Positions 10,026-20,105 of a stretch of 64,000 nucleotides of DNA are shown in pieces. The DNA is from Clostridia bacterium (GTDB taxonomy: Bacteria; Bacillota; Clostridia; Oscillospirales; Acutalibacteraceae). The stretch lies in the NCBI GenBank assembly GCA_017410195.1, contig JAFQRF010000015.1, positions 31,553 through 95,552 on the forward strand, in the 5' to 3' direction. A program made the translations under genes and the position numbers. The notes under the pieces were generated by a model, which saw only the letters and a list, made by a program, of their open reading frames with translations, was not told the DNA's origin and did no database searches. Each line of letters opens with the position of its first letter. Position 1 is the stretch's first letter.

Positions 10026-11243
10026 ATGAAGCGTTTTTTTAAAGCTCTGAGTGTTTTTCTTTTTGTGATGTGCATTCCGATTTATTCGGCGGTTATTTAC
10101 GGAGTTTCGGAATTGCCTGATGAAATCAGCATAGGCGAAAGCGAAGAGATTGATTTCGGCAATATTTGTTTTGAAGAAAAAAGAGAGCCGGTTAAATCAG
10201 CGTCAACGGGATTCGGCAAAACGGAATATGAATCCAGAATAATGGCGCTGAAGGTAGTACCCGTCAAGGATATTAAGGTTAATATAACAAAGCGGAGATT
10301 TGTTTCTCCCGGCGGTGATGTTTTCGGAATAAAGCTGTATACAAAAGGTGTTATTGTTGTCAGCATAGATTCCGTAACAACATCCTCAGGCACGGCTGAC
10401 CCTGCGGTAACGGCAGGAATAAAGTGCGGTGATATAATAACCACAATCAATTCCGTGGCGGCAACAAGCTCTCAGCAGATGACGGATGCGGTTGAAAGCT
10501 CGGACGGAAATCCTCTGCATCTGAGGATTGACAGAAACGGAGAGATAATTGATATTTATCTCACGCCCGTTATGTCGGTCAACGGAAAATTCAAAGCAGG
10601 TCTTTGGGTAAGGGACAGCTCCGCAGGTATCGGTACGGTAACTTTTTATGACGATTCGTCAGGAATGTTTGCAGGTCTGGGTCACGGCGTTTGCGACGTA
10701 GATACGGGCAAAATTATGCCGCTGAACAACGGAGAAGCAGTCAGGGCTAAAGTCAACGGCTTCTATAAAAGCAGCGCAGGTAACCCGGGCGAGCTTTGCG
10801 GTGTGTTTTCCGATGTTGCCCTGGGCAGCCTTCGTGTTAACCATGAGATGGGAGTTTACGGCAGGCTTTTGCAGCCATCGGGTACAAAGGTTATGCCGGT
10901 TGCGCTCGAAAGTGAAATTCGTCTCGGAAAAGCTCAGATGATAACAACAATTGATGACAGCGGTCCGCAATATTATGATATCGAAATAACAAAGATTTAT
11001 CCCTCATCGGATTTATCGGCAAGAAATATGATAATAAAAGTGACCGATCCTGTGCTGCTTGAAAAAACAGGAGGAATCGTTCAGGGAATGAGCGGAAGCC
11101 CTATTGTTCAGAATTCGATGCTCGTAGGTGCAGTAACCCATGTTTTTGTGAATTCTCCCGATCAGGGATACGCAATTTTTGCTCAGCGAATGCTTGAAAC
11201 AATGGATACGGTTAAAAGCTCTGAATTGGCAAAAGCATCTTAG
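10026..11243 (+). CDS. spoIVB: SpoIVB serine peptidase (S55) with PDZ domain
   Basis: GLWVRDSSAGIGTVTF, GLGHG, GGIVQGMSGSPI, GAVTHV; directly upstream of spo0A. Confidence 0.95.
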   Translation: MKRFFKALSVFLFVMCIPIYSAVIYGVSELPDEISIGESEEIDFGNICFEEKREPVKSASTGFGKTEYESRIMALKVVPVKDIKVNITKRRFVSPGGDVFGIKLYTKGVIVVSIDSVTTSSGTADPAVTAGIKCGDIITTINSVAATSSQQMTDAVESSDGNPLHLRIDRNGEIIDIYLTPVMSVNGKFKAGLWVRDSSAGIGTVTFYDDSSGMFAGLGHGVCDVDTGKIMPLNNGEAVRAKVNGFYKSSAGNPGELCGVFSDVALGSLRVNHEMGVYGRLLQPSGTKVMPVALESEIRLGKAQMITTIDDSGPQYYDIEITKIYPSSDLSARNMIIKVTDPVLLEKTGGIVQGMSGSPIVQNSMLVGAVTHVFVNSPDQGYAIFAQRMLETMDTVKSSELAKAS

Positions 11244-11303
11244 CACAAGTGGCATTTTTGTCACATTTTGCGATAACTTCTGTAAAAAAATCCCAGTAAA
11301 TTA

Positions 11304-11332
11304 TTGACAGATTTGACAAAATATGGTAATAT
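11304..11332 (+). promoter_or_regulatory. SigA-like promoter upstream of spo0A
   Basis: TTGACA(11304-11309)-17 bp-TAATAT(11327-11332) with TG extension. Confidence 0.5.
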
Positions 11333-11365
11333 CTCCGTGAACTAAACAAAACGGAGGAAAAAACC

Positions 11366-12127
11366 ATGAGAAAAATGTTGAGAGCAATGATAACTGAGGA
11401 CGGGAGCGAAACTCTTCACGAACTTGCAGGAATTCTGCGTTCAAACGGATTTGAAGTAACAACCGTAATCAAAGACGGAACACAGATAACAGAGAGATTC
11501 AAAGAAGGCGAAAGACCCGATGTTCTTCTGATGGATGGCTTTATGCCGCGACTTGATGCATTGGGAGTTCTCAGAGAACTCGGGTCAATGCGCCTTGAAA
11601 AAAGACCGATGGTTATGGTGCTTTCGAGTACTGATAACCAGCGCTTTGAGAGCGAGATTCTCAGAAGCGGCGCGGATTATTATTTCCTTAAGCCTTACAG
11701 TCCCAAGATGCTTGCGGAGCGTATAATTCAGTTTTCGAGCATCCATAATTCCTGTGCCAATCAGAACGGCGTAAAGGATTTGGAGGTTGTTGTGTCGCAG
11801 ATAATGCACCAGATAGGCGTGCCGGCTCATATCAGGGGATATCAGTATCTCAGAGAGGCGATAATTCTTTCGGTCAATAACAGCGAGATGATAAGTTCGG
11901 TCACGAAGATTCTCTATCCTACGGTTGCAAAGCACTTCAAAACAACTCCGTCAAGAGTTGAAAGAGCTATCAGACATGCAATTGAGGTTGCGTGGGACAG
12001 AGGCGACGTTGATGTACTCAGCTCCTATTTTGGCTATACGATTCAGAACGAGCGCGGCAAACCCACAAACAGCGAGTTTATTGCGATGATAAGCGATAAT
12101 CTTAAGCTGCAGATGAAAACGGTATAA
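11366..12127 (+). CDS. spo0A: Sporulation master regulator Spo0A
   Basis: Receiver domain DVLLMDGFMP...LKPY; C-terminal IGVPAHIRGYQYLR, LYPTVAK, PSRVERAIRHAIEVAW, KPTNSEFIAMISD. Confidence 0.97.
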   Translation: MRKMLRAMITEDGSETLHELAGILRSNGFEVTTVIKDGTQITERFKEGERPDVLLMDGFMPRLDALGVLRELGSMRLEKRPMVMVLSSTDNQRFESEILRSGADYYFLKPYSPKMLAERIIQFSSIHNSCANQNGVKDLEVVVSQIMHQIGVPAHIRGYQYLREAIILSVNNSEMISSVTKILYPTVAKHFKTTPSRVERAIRHAIEVAWDRGDVDVLSSYFGYTIQNERGKPTNSEFIAMISDNLKLQMKTV

Positions 12128-12162
12128 AAAGGCGGCAGGGAGCAAAGCTCTCTGCCGTTTTA
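12128..12162. terminator. Bidirectional terminator after spo0A
   Basis: GGCGGCAGGGAGC-AAA-GCTCTCTGCCGT stem flanked by A5 and T runs. Confidence 0.75.
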
Positions 12163-12164
12163 AA

Positions 12165-12791
12165 TTAACCTGAAATTAAACTAATGTCACCGGGAGATGG
12201 TTCTATTGAAAAGAGCGGAACAAAGAAAACGCTGTTTTTTACTTTGTGAGATACAATCTCAATAACACTTGATTCATAATTTCCATATTCGTCAGTTAAT
12301 TCAGATTCAGTTTTTACAAGATTATCGCCTAAGAAATAGGATTTTGTTATTGCATTGTATTCGTTTGTGAATTCTTCTACATAATATGTAATCGAATCGA
12401 TTTGTTCCTCGTAGCTTTGAATATATATCAGTTCTTCTGTTTCAGGAATAATAAGCATATCATCGGTTAATTCAACTTTTAATGAAACAAATGGAAAATA
12501 CGGAGAAAACATATAAAAATATCCGTCTTTTATTATTACCTTTATTTTTGTGGTTATATAACTCGATAAAGGAAAGTCGCAAATAATTGCAAAATCCCCA
12601 TTCTTGACATACATTTTTGCATCCGATTTTTCGCCGTTGATGCTGTTTGTGATTTTTGCTTCAATTTCATAATCGTCAACATTTTGTATCCATTTCTCCG
12701 TCCTCGTCTGCTCCTGCGCAAAAGCACTTACGGAAAAAACGGACATGATAAAAATAGTTGCCGCTAATGTAATACACGTGAGCTTTTTCAT
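12165..12791 (-). CDS. Secreted hypothetical protein, paralog 1 (possible LolA/DUF4412-like beta fold)
   Basis: Signal peptide ending SAFA; shares PxxPF, SYEE..YVEE(F/Y), (F/Y)xGDxL and C-terminal V..xxFxVP motifs with 12802-13425 and 14725-15393. Confidence 0.7.
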   Translation of the reverse strand: MKKLTCITLAATIFIMSVFSVSAFAQEQTRTEKWIQNVDDYEIEAKITNSINGEKSDAKMYVKNGDFAIICDFPLSSYITTKIKVIIKDGYFYMFSPYFPFVSLKVELTDDMLIIPETEELIYIQSYEEQIDSITYYVEEFTNEYNAITKSYFLGDNLVKTESELTDEYGNYESSVIEIVSHKVKNSVFFVPLFSIEPSPGDISLISG

Positions 12792-13383
12792 TTTTCACCT
12801 CCTATATTGCTGTAGAAAAACAAAATGAGTACCAAGGGACTCTTAATTCCTTGTCACTGACATTGTAGGACTTTATGTTCACAAAACCGCGGACTTGATT
12901 TCCGTTTTCATCGAAATAGCAGGTTTCAATTTTACGGAGTATATCGCCATTAAAATAATATTTCGCAAATTCATCATTTTCATTTCTGAATTCCTCAACA
13001 TATAAAGTTGAGAAGATATCTTTTTCTTCATAACTTCCGACAAAATCAAGACCTTGAATGGGATAATCATCATATGACGTCAGAATATCGGTTATTTCAT
13101 CTGCAGGGGATTTGAAATGAACAAACGGGAAAACAGGGGAATATACATATAAATATTCTCCGTCATATATCATTTTTATTTTAACAGAAAAAAATTCACT
13201 TAAAGGAACATACAATGTAATACCGAGTTTACCATTTTTTAAATGAGCATGAAATTCTGTTTTGTTTAAACCGACTTCGTAAGAAGCGGTAAATTCTATC
13301 TCATTTTTTGAGTCTGACTCAATCCACTTCTCCGTTCTCGTCTGTTCCTGCGCAGAAGCACTGACGGAAAAAACGGACATGAT
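12690..13383. repeat. 60-bp direct repeat (12690-12749 and 13324-13383) covering the signal-peptide end and first mature residues of paralogs 1 and 2
   Basis: 55/60 identical by manual alignment, encoding IMSVFSVSAxAQEQTRTEKW. Confidence 0.9.
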
Positions 13384-13425
13384 CAGTATAATCACTGTTA
13401 AAAATATACTTATTAATTTCTTCAT
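12802..13425 (-). CDS. Secreted hypothetical protein, paralog 2
   Basis: Signal peptide ending SASA, same motif set; strong RBS AAAGGAGG. Confidence 0.72.
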   Translation of the reverse strand: MKKLISIFLTVIILIMSVFSVSASAQEQTRTEKWIESDSKNEIEFTASYEVGLNKTEFHAHLKNGKLGITLYVPLSEFFSVKIKMIYDGEYLYVYSPVFPFVHFKSPADEITDILTSYDDYPIQGLDFVGSYEEKDIFSTLYVEEFRNENDEFAKYYFNGDILRKIETCYFDENGNQVRGFVNIKSYNVSDKELRVPWYSFCFSTAI

Positions 13426-13446
13426 TATAATTCCTCCTTTGAATAA

Positions 13447-13475
13447 ATATTAGCACAGCCAAAGGAGTAAATCAA
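13447..13475 (-). promoter_or_regulatory. SigA-like promoter for paralogs 2 and 1
   Basis: TTGATT(13475-13470)-17 bp-TAATAT(13452-13447) with TG extension. Confidence 0.5.
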
Positions 13476-14167
13476 GTGATATTTATCCGAAAAGAAACTT
13501 TATTTTCAGCTTCCCAGATAAGTTGTCCTTTTTCTTTCAGCACCGATTCGAAATCGGGAATTTCTTCAAACATTGGATTATCCCATATATAATAGTATAT
13601 CGCATCGCATTCTTTTCTGCCGAAAACTCCGTTATAGGTAATGTCAAATTTTTCTTCATAAACATTACCTTCATTCTGAATTTTATCCCATACGGTTGAA
13701 AATGCAAACATGCATATAATATTTTTTTCTTCGCCGTTTTCAGTTATAACAGCGGGTCTGCTGATGCAGTTGTCATATCCGTCAACATAAATTTTTACAA
13801 TCGGATTTCCTTCTTCGTTAACGTAAGCATCGGCTATTCCGTCAAAGTATTCAACCGGCTTCGATTCAAAAATTTTGATTGCGGTAAAAAGTCCTGCGGC
13901 TGCAGTTATGACAACTGCCGCAAAAACAGCAATGATACGCTTGATAATTATTTTTCTTTTTACTTTCTTGATAACTTTTTTGTTTGCTTTTTCTTCGTCT
14001 GAGTTTGTGATGATGCGTACAGACTCTTTTTTCATTTTTTTTAGTTTTTCAAAGCATTCGGTACATTTCGCCGTGTGTTCTTCAACGGCAGCCTTGCTTG
14101 CTTCGCTGCAGATTCCGTCGCAGTAAATCGGCATCAAATCTTTAATTATTTCACAGTTTTTATTCAT
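13472..14167 (-). CDS. Zinc-binding (zf-HC2/ZAS) membrane anti-sigma factor
   Basis: CEIIKDLMPIY...HTAKCTEC (HxxxCxxC), basic linker, one TM helix, extracytoplasmic domain; overlaps the sigma stop. Confidence 0.88.
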   Translation of the reverse strand: MNKNCEIIKDLMPIYCDGICSEASKAAVEEHTAKCTECFEKLKKMKKESVRIITNSDEEKANKKVIKKVKRKIIIKRIIAVFAAVVITAAAGLFTAIKIFESKPVEYFDGIADAYVNEEGNPIVKIYVDGYDNCISRPAVITENGEEKNIICMFAFSTVWDKIQNEGNVYEEKFDITYNGVFGRKECDAIYYYIWDNPMFEEIPDFESVLKEKGQLIWEAENKVSFRINIT

Positions 14168-14630
14168 CTTGTTTCTCCTCCATTTTCAATTTTGCTCTGT
14201 AATAGGTAACTCTTGCCCAGCTTTCGGTTTTGTCGAAAAGCTCTGCAATTTTTGCGAAAGGAAGCTCACCGAAAACACGCAGAGAAAAAACCTCTTTATA
14301 TGGCTCAGGCATAGCGTGAAGCTTTTTGTGAAGCTCAAAAGCCGTGTCGTTGTCAACAACCTCATTTTCAACGCAGAATGTTATATCTTCATGCATATGC
14401 TCCGACCTGCGCTTCTCCTTTGCACAGTAAGAATAATAAGTATTCTTTGCAATCTGGCAGAGCCAAACGCTGAGCTTGCATTCTCCGTTGAATTTATCGA
14501 TGCTTTTAAGAGCTTTGAAAAAGGTTTCCTGCGTTATTTCTTCTGCAATATCGTGGCTGCGTGACAGCGCAAGAATATATCTGTAAACATCTTTCATATA
14601 TCGGTTATAGACCTCTTCAAAATTATCCAC
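14160..14630 (-). CDS. ECF RNA polymerase sigma factor
   Basis: Likely GTG start 14630 after RBS; AEEITQETFFKA, SVWLCQIAKN (region 2), LPEPYKEVFSLR...ELPFAKIAE...ARVTYYRAK (region 4). Confidence 0.92.
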   Translation of the reverse strand: MDNFEEVYNRYMKDVYRYILALSRSHDIAEEITQETFFKALKSIDKFNGECKLSVWLCQIAKNTYYSYCAKEKRRSEHMHEDITFCVENEVVDNDTAFELHKKLHAMPEPYKEVFSLRVFGELPFAKIAELFDKTESWARVTYYRAKLKMEEKQDE

Positions 14631-14650
14631 GCCGTCACTTCCTTTCATAT

Positions 14651-14680
14651 ATAAGACACGCAAAGCGGAGTTTTGTTACA
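14651..14680 (-). promoter_or_regulatory. Probable autoregulatory ECF promoter
   Basis: TGTAAC(14680-14675)-16 bp-TGTCTTAT(14658-14651), resembling the SigX/SigW-type TGTAAC/TGAAAC-N16-CGTC architecture. Confidence 0.6.
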
Positions 14681-14694
14681 AAATAAAATTGAAA

Positions 14695-14722
14695 GAACCG
14701 CACCATTCCTGATGCGGTCCGG
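14695..14722 (-). terminator. Hairpin after paralog 3
   Basis: GAACCGCACCA-TTCC-TGATGCGGTCC imperfect stem. Confidence 0.5.
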
Positions 14723-14724
14723 TT

Positions 14725-15393
14725 TTATGCTGTTATGAGCGAAAGAAAAATTCCTTTAAGCAGGGGAGTAAGGTCGATTGCGGCGGCAGGCACTTCAAAC
14801 ATGCTGTCGCTGACGGTAAAGGAAATATCGTCAAAGTATGTGTTCTGAACCGAGCCGGTTGACTTATCCGTGACGATGAGCATTTTGAGTTCGTCGCCTA
14901 CATAGTAAAATTTGCTGATTACAAATTCTCTGTCGTCATATTCCTCAACATAATATGTTGTGCCGTCAACTGTTTCCTCATAGCTTTTGAGATATCTCGT
15001 GAATGCCTGAGTGAGGTCTGCAGCGCCGAGTACCATTGCCCATACGTTTGCGCCCTTTATGGGGTTCGTGTCCATTTTAACATAGAAAAACGGAAGGGTG
15101 GGCAGATAACCGTAAATTCCGTCATCGTTGGCAATGATTCTTGCTTTGAGGAAGCCTGCGCTGTATTCATAGCAGATGTTGTTGCCCTTGACGGAAACGG
15201 AATTTTTGATTGTTGCGGGGAAGAATCCGAAAAGCTTTGTTTCGCCCGAGCGGATGGTTACGGAAACCTCGGTTGCGGTTTCGAGCTTATCGAGAAGTGC
15301 ATCAGTTTTGGGCGATGCCGCAAACGCATTAACCGAGAAAACCGACATGATAAGAATAATTGATGCGATTAAAACGCTGAGTGTTTTTTTCAT
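14725..15393 (-). CDS. Secreted hypothetical protein, paralog 3
   Basis: Start ATG 15393 after AAGGAGG; signal peptide ending NAFA; YEETVDGTTYYVEEY, VSDSMFEVP; own TTGAAA-17-TAGAAT promoter. Confidence 0.75.
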   Translation of the reverse strand: MKKTLSVLIASIILIMSVFSVNAFAASPKTDALLDKLETATEVSVTIRSGETKLFGFFPATIKNSVSVKGNNICYEYSAGFLKARIIANDDGIYGYLPTLPFFYVKMDTNPIKGANVWAMVLGAADLTQAFTRYLKSYEETVDGTTYYVEEYDDREFVISKFYYVGDELKMLIVTDKSTGSVQNTYFDDISFTVSDSMFEVPAAAIDLTPLLKGIFLSLITA

Positions 15394-15454
15394 GGCTTTG
15401 TCCTCCTTTTTGAATATTCTACCATAAATATCATTTATTTTCAACATATAATTA

Positions 15455-16552
15455 TTAACTCTCAATGAGAAGGCGTGCTATAACAGAATTTGATACCAGA
15501 AAGCCGTCAACGGTGAGTGAAATATTTTTGTTTGTGACCCTTGCAAGCCTATGCTTTTCAAGCTCTTTTGCTTTTTGCATTAAATCTTCGGAAATATCTT
15601 TGCTAAAACGCCTCTTGAAGTTCTCAAAAATCAAGCCTTCTGACAAACGCAATGCGAGCATAATATATTCTTCCTCGTCGCCTCCAAAGCCGTCATCAAC
15701 GGACGGGTTTCCGTTTATGAATCCGTCGATACTGCGCTCGTAATAAAATCTTTTTCCGTCAACGAATGAATGAGCAGATGCGCCGATACCCAGATATTCT
15801 TCACAACGCCAGTATTTGAGATTGTGTCTGCTTTCAAAATCTTTTTGCGAGAAGTTTGAAATTTCATATTGATAAAAGCCTGCTTTTTCAAGCTCTTTTA
15901 CTGCAAATAAATATAAATCGCAGGTTGCATCCTCGTCAGGCAGACAGAGGGTGTCTTTTATTTTATGGAAAGGCGTTGTTTCTTCGATTTTGAGGATATA
16001 TGCGCTGACGTGCTTTGCGCCTGAATTCTTGCAGAATTCAATTGATTTTTTCAGGCTTTCCTCAGTTTGATTCGGAATGCCAAGCATAAGGTCAAGCGAA
16101 ATATTATCAATTCCTGCCGCATTTGCCCTTGCAATTGCACGTTCAACGTCATCGCATCCGCCTCGTCTGCCGAGTGATTTTCTTTCGCAATCATCTGCGC
16201 TTTGCAGACCCATTGAAATTCTGTTGATACCGCTTTTGGCTGCAACTGAAAAGTCAAACTCCGAATTGACAGCACCCGTGTCCGACGGGTTGCATTCAAG
16301 AGTTGCTTCGCAGTCGGGAGTTCGGCTTATATGCGACATTATTTTTGCAATATTATCTGACCCGATGAGTGACGGAGTGCCGCCGCCGAAATAGACGGTG
16401 TTGTAAATTCTGCCCGATTCGTCAATTCTTTTGCAAACTGCATTAATATAATTTTCAACAGTTTCGCTTTTGGGTGTGACGGAATAAAAATCGCAGTAAG
16501 GGCATTTACCGTTGCAAAACGGAATGTGGATATATAATCCGATAGGGTTCAT
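15455..16552 (-). CDS. hemW: Radical SAM heme chaperone HemW (HemN-like)
   Basis: LYIHIPFCNGKCPYCDF, YFGGGTPS, NRISMGLQS, YEISNF, HNLKYW; downstream of lepA. Confidence 0.93.
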   Translation of the reverse strand: MNPIGLYIHIPFCNGKCPYCDFYSVTPKSETVENYINAVCKRIDESGRIYNTVYFGGGTPSLIGSDNIAKIMSHISRTPDCEATLECNPSDTGAVNSEFDFSVAAKSGINRISMGLQSADDCERKSLGRRGGCDDVERAIARANAAGIDNISLDLMLGIPNQTEESLKKSIEFCKNSGAKHVSAYILKIEETTPFHKIKDTLCLPDEDATCDLYLFAVKELEKAGFYQYEISNFSQKDFESRHNLKYWRCEEYLGIGASAHSFVDGKRFYYERSIDGFINGNPSVDDGFGGDEEEYIMLALRLSEGLIFENFKRRFSKDISEDLMQKAKELEKHRLARVTNKNISLTVDGFLVSNSVIARLLIES

Positions 16553-16569
16553 AAAATCACCTGAAAAAC

Positions 16570-16593
16570 GTAGGGGCGACCTGTGGTCGCCCG
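16570..16593 (+). repeat. GTAG-family REP-like palindrome
   Basis: GTAG followed by GGGCGACC-TGT-GGTCGCCC hairpin in the lepA-hemW gap. Confidence 0.65.
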
Positions 16594-16599
16594 CCTAAA

Positions 16600-18414
16600 T
16601 TAATCATTATCATCAAGCTTGAGGACTGCCATAAATGCTTCCTGCGGCACTTCAACAGTACCGAAGTGACGCATTCTCTTTTTGCCTTCCTTCTGCTTTT
16701 CAAGAAGCTTTTTCTTTCGCGTGATGTCGCCGCCGTAGCACTTTGCAAGAACGTCCTTACGCATTGCCTTGACGGTTTCACGGGCGATAATCTTGCCGCC
16801 GATGCCGATCTGAATGGGAATTTCAAACATCTGGCGGGGGATATGCTCCTTGAGTCTTTCGGCAATTTTTCTTGCCTTTGAATACGCCTTTTCGGAGTGG
16901 ATGATGAACGAAAGAGCATCGACGATATCGCCGTTGAGAAGAACATCGAGCTTAACAAGATTTGACCTCCTGTAATCGGAGATTTCGTAGTCAAACGAAG
17001 CGTAGCCTCGTGTTCTTGATTTGAGCGAATCAAAGAAATCGTAGATGATTTCGTTCAGAGGAAGCTCATAATGGATGTCAACTCTGTCGGGAGTGATATA
17101 GTCCATATTCTTGAATACGCCTCGTCTGTCCTGACACAAATCCATGATTGCGCCGACGTATTCCGACGGTGCGTAGATGTGTGCATCCGTGAAGGGTTCT
17201 TCGCACGATGCTATTGTTGCGGGGTCGGGATAGTGAGTGGGGTTGTCGATTTCAACCGTTGAGCCGTCGGTAAGATTTATTTTGTAAACAACGCTGGGTA
17301 TTGTTGTTACAAGGTCGAGATCGTATTCTCTTTCAAGTCTTTCCTGAATAATTTCAAGATGAAGCAGACCGAGAAAACCGCAGCGGAAGCCGAAACCGAG
17401 TGCGCCCGAAGTTTCGGGTTCATATGTCAGAGCGGCATCGTTGAGCTGAAGCTTTTCAAGTGCATCACGAAGATTTTCGTAGTCTGCACCGTCGGCAGGA
17501 TAAACGCCGCAGTAAACCATGGGGTTTACCTTTCTGTAGCCGGGGAGCGGCTCAGAGGCAGGGTTTTCAACCGTTGTTACGGTATCGCCGACACGTGCAT
17601 CGCCGACTGTTTTGATTGATGCGGTAATATATCCGACCTCGCCTGCGGTAAGCTCCTTGCAGGGCTCGGGAATGGTTGCTCTCATGTATCCCGTTTCAAC
17701 AACAGTGAATTCTGCGCCTGTTGCCATCATTCTCATGGTATCGCCGGGCTTTATTTTGCCTTCCTTGACTCTTACGTAAACGATAACACCTTTATAGCTG
17801 TCATAAACGGAGTCAAATATAAGCGCACGAAGCGGCAAATCATCGTTTGCTTCGGGAGCGGGAACATCCTTAACTATTCTTTCAAGCACCTGCTCAATAT
17901 TAACGCCCGTTTTTGCCGAAACTCTCGGAGCTTCGGAGCAGTCGAGACCTATAACGTCCTCAACCTCGGCGGCAACTCTGTCGGGGTCAGCCGAGGGGAG
18001 GTCGATTTTATTGATAACGGGTACAAGTTCAAGGTCATGGTCAAGTGCAAGATAAGTATTTGCAAGTGTCTGAGCTTCAACTCCCTGCGAAGCGTCGATA
18101 ATAAGTACCGCGCCCTCGCAAGCCGCAAGAGAACGAGAAACCTCATAGTTGAAGTCAACGTGACCCGGAGTATCGATGAGGTTAAGAACATATTCCTCGC
18201 CGTCCTCGGCAAGGTAGTTGAGCTTAACGGCGTGAGCCTTGATTGTGATACCTCTTTCTCTTTCAAGGTCCATCTTGTCGAGAAGCTGTGCAGTCATATC
18301 GCGAAGTGCAACGGACTTTGTCTTTTCGAGAAGTCTGTCGGCAAGAGTTGACTTGCCGTGGTCTATATGTGCAATAATGCAAAAATTTCTGATTTTGTCT
18401 TTTGAAACTGCCAA
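16600..18414 (-). CDS. lepA: Elongation factor 4 (LepA)
   Basis: TTG start with RBS; [53 protein letters not shown]. Confidence 0.98.
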   Translation of the reverse strand: MAVSKDKIRNFCIIAHIDHGKSTLADRLLEKTKSVALRDMTAQLLDKMDLERERGITIKAHAVKLNYLAEDGEEYVLNLIDTPGHVDFNYEVSRSLAACEGAVLIIDASQGVEAQTLANTYLALDHDLELVPVINKIDLPSADPDRVAAEVEDVIGLDCSEAPRVSAKTGVNIEQVLERIVKDVPAPEANDDLPLRALIFDSVYDSYKGVIVYVRVKEGKIKPGDTMRMMATGAEFTVVETGYMRATIPEPCKELTAGEVGYITASIKTVGDARVGDTVTTVENPASEPLPGYRKVNPMVYCGVYPADGADYENLRDALEKLQLNDAALTYEPETSGALGFGFRCGFLGLLHLEIIQERLEREYDLDLVTTIPSVVYKINLTDGSTVEIDNPTHYPDPATIASCEEPFTDAHIYAPSEYVGAIMDLCQDRRGVFKNMDYITPDRVDIHYELPLNEIIYDFFDSLKSRTRGYASFDYEISDYRRSNLVKLDVLLNGDIVDALSFIIHSEKAYSKARKIAERLKEHIPRQMFEIPIQIGIGGKIIARETVKAMRKDVLAKCYGGDITRKKKLLEKQKEGKKRMRHFGTVEVPQEAFMAVLKLDDND

Positions 18415-18445
18415 TGTGTTTTTCTCCTTATAGGAATGAATTGAT

Positions 18446-20002
18446 TTAAATGCTTACTGTTTCTTCAAGCTTCCTGTCAACGCCCGACTGACCTATCCAC
18501 ATGTCTTCCCATCGCTGACCTGCAATCTGTTCAAGGCGCTTTCTGTCTTTGCCTGAAACAGTGCAGGTGCCTGTTTCGTGCTTTTCTTTAATAGCAGCCT
18601 GAATGAGTTCATGGTCTTTCTTTTTCATCTTGAAGCTGAAAATGAGGATGAGAGAAATAAGCGCAAAAAGTGCGGGAAGCCAGCTTACGGAAAGTCTTAA
18701 ACCGAATTCTGCAGACTTTGTGAGCATTGAATATTTGGTGTGCTTAGTGCTGTAGCCCATTTTGTCAAGCATGAATCCGACCGCACCCGATGAAAAGCTG
18801 CTGATGGTCTTTTTCAGGAATGAATTGAAAGCGGAGATAACGCCTTCACGGCGTCTGCCTGTTATCAGTTCGTCAACATCGGTAACGTCAGGCTGGATGT
18901 TGGTAACAACAAAGCCGGGACCCGAAAAGCCGAAGTTGTAGAAAATTGATGCAATGTAGATAAAAATAACGGGGGTTGAGGGAGTTGCAAAGCCGTTGAT
19001 GAGAAGCCCGATTACCATAAACGGCGCAAGCAGAAGACCGCAGAAACGCTTGTCAAAATATCTCGAAAGGAAATAGTTGAAGGGTCCGCCTGCAACCTCG
19101 GCAACGCCTGCGATAGTCTGAAGAACCGCAAAATGACTGTACTGCTCTGCGATGCTGATAAGGAAATACTGGTCCGCATCGCCATAAAAGGTTTTTGCAA
19201 AGCTGTAGAAAATGCCGATGAAGAAATACTGCCTGAAGGCTCTGTTTTTGAATACCTGAAGATATTCTTTCAGGAAATTTTTCAGATTGAGCGGAGGATT
19301 AACCATGTCAACCGAGCTTTTTTCTTTTGTTGAGAAGAAGGTTACAATCGGTGACCAGCAGAAGAAAATAATAAGAACAATGCCGCAGAAAAGGTATTTC
19401 GGTCTGTCGGCAGGCGACGGATCGTCGAGATTTGTGCCTCCGAGAATAAAGCTCATAAAAAGGAACGATGGAAACATACCGAACATGTTGAATATGTATT
19501 CCATTATCTTGTATTGTGTTCTTTCGAAATACTTCGGTGCAATCGTCGGCAGCATGGCGGTATGCGGAATGTTAATCATGGTATAGCCGGTGCTGTAAAC
19601 AAACGAAGCAATAAGATAATAAACGAAAATTGCGTTTGCATTTCCCGTGCCGGATATTCCGAAGGAATACCACTTCATCAGATAGCCGATAAGAAGTACG
19701 GGTAAAGCGGCAATAAGCCATATACGGTGTTTACCGAAACGTGATTTTGTTCTGTCTGTTATAAATCCCATTGCAACATCGGTAAAGGCATCAAAAAAAC
19801 CGCCGATGGTGCTGATAAGACCTATTGCTCCCGGCTCAAGACCTTCAACGAAGCCGAGATATTGCTGATGATATTTGCTCAGAGGATTGGTAACACCGCC
19901 GATAGTGATATTTGCAACGTTATAGCCGACTATCGGTCTGAGGTATTCAACGGTGTTGCCTTCAATGCCGATGACATTTTTAATCTTGTTTCCGATTCCC
20001 AA
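18446..20002 (-). CDS. MFS glycoside-pentoside-hexuronide:cation symporter
   Basis: TTG start with GGAGGAG; [39 protein letters not shown]; about 12 TM. Confidence 0.85.
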   Translation of the reverse strand: MGIGNKIKNVIGIEGNTVEYLRPIVGYNVANITIGGVTNPLSKYHQQYLGFVEGLEPGAIGLISTIGGFFDAFTDVAMGFITDRTKSRFGKHRIWLIAALPVLLIGYLMKWYSFGISGTGNANAIFVYYLIASFVYSTGYTMINIPHTAMLPTIAPKYFERTQYKIMEYIFNMFGMFPSFLFMSFILGGTNLDDPSPADRPKYLFCGIVLIIFFCWSPIVTFFSTKEKSSVDMVNPPLNLKNFLKEYLQVFKNRAFRQYFFIGIFYSFAKTFYGDADQYFLISIAEQYSHFAVLQTIAGVAEVAGGPFNYFLSRYFDKRFCGLLLAPFMVIGLLINGFATPSTPVIFIYIASIFYNFGFSGPGFVVTNIQPDVTDVDELITGRRREGVISAFNSFLKKTISSFSSGAVGFMLDKMGYSTKHTKYSMLTKSAEFGLRLSVSWLPALFALISLILIFSFKMKKKDHELIQAAIKEKHETGTCTVSGKDRKRLEQIAGQRWEDMWIGQSGVDRKLEETVSI

Positions 20003-20068
20003 GCTGACTCCTCCTTAATTTATATATACTTATTTATAATAACAAAAATTTAGCGGAAGGTCAAGCAT

Positions 20069-20099
20069 AAAAAATCCCGAAAGCCGAAGCCTTCGGGAT
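20069..20099 (-). terminator. Terminator after the cytidylate kinase-like gene
   Basis: ATCCCGAA..TTCGGGAT stem followed by U-tract on the minus strand. Confidence 0.65.
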
Positions 20100-20105
20100 A
20101 ATTGA

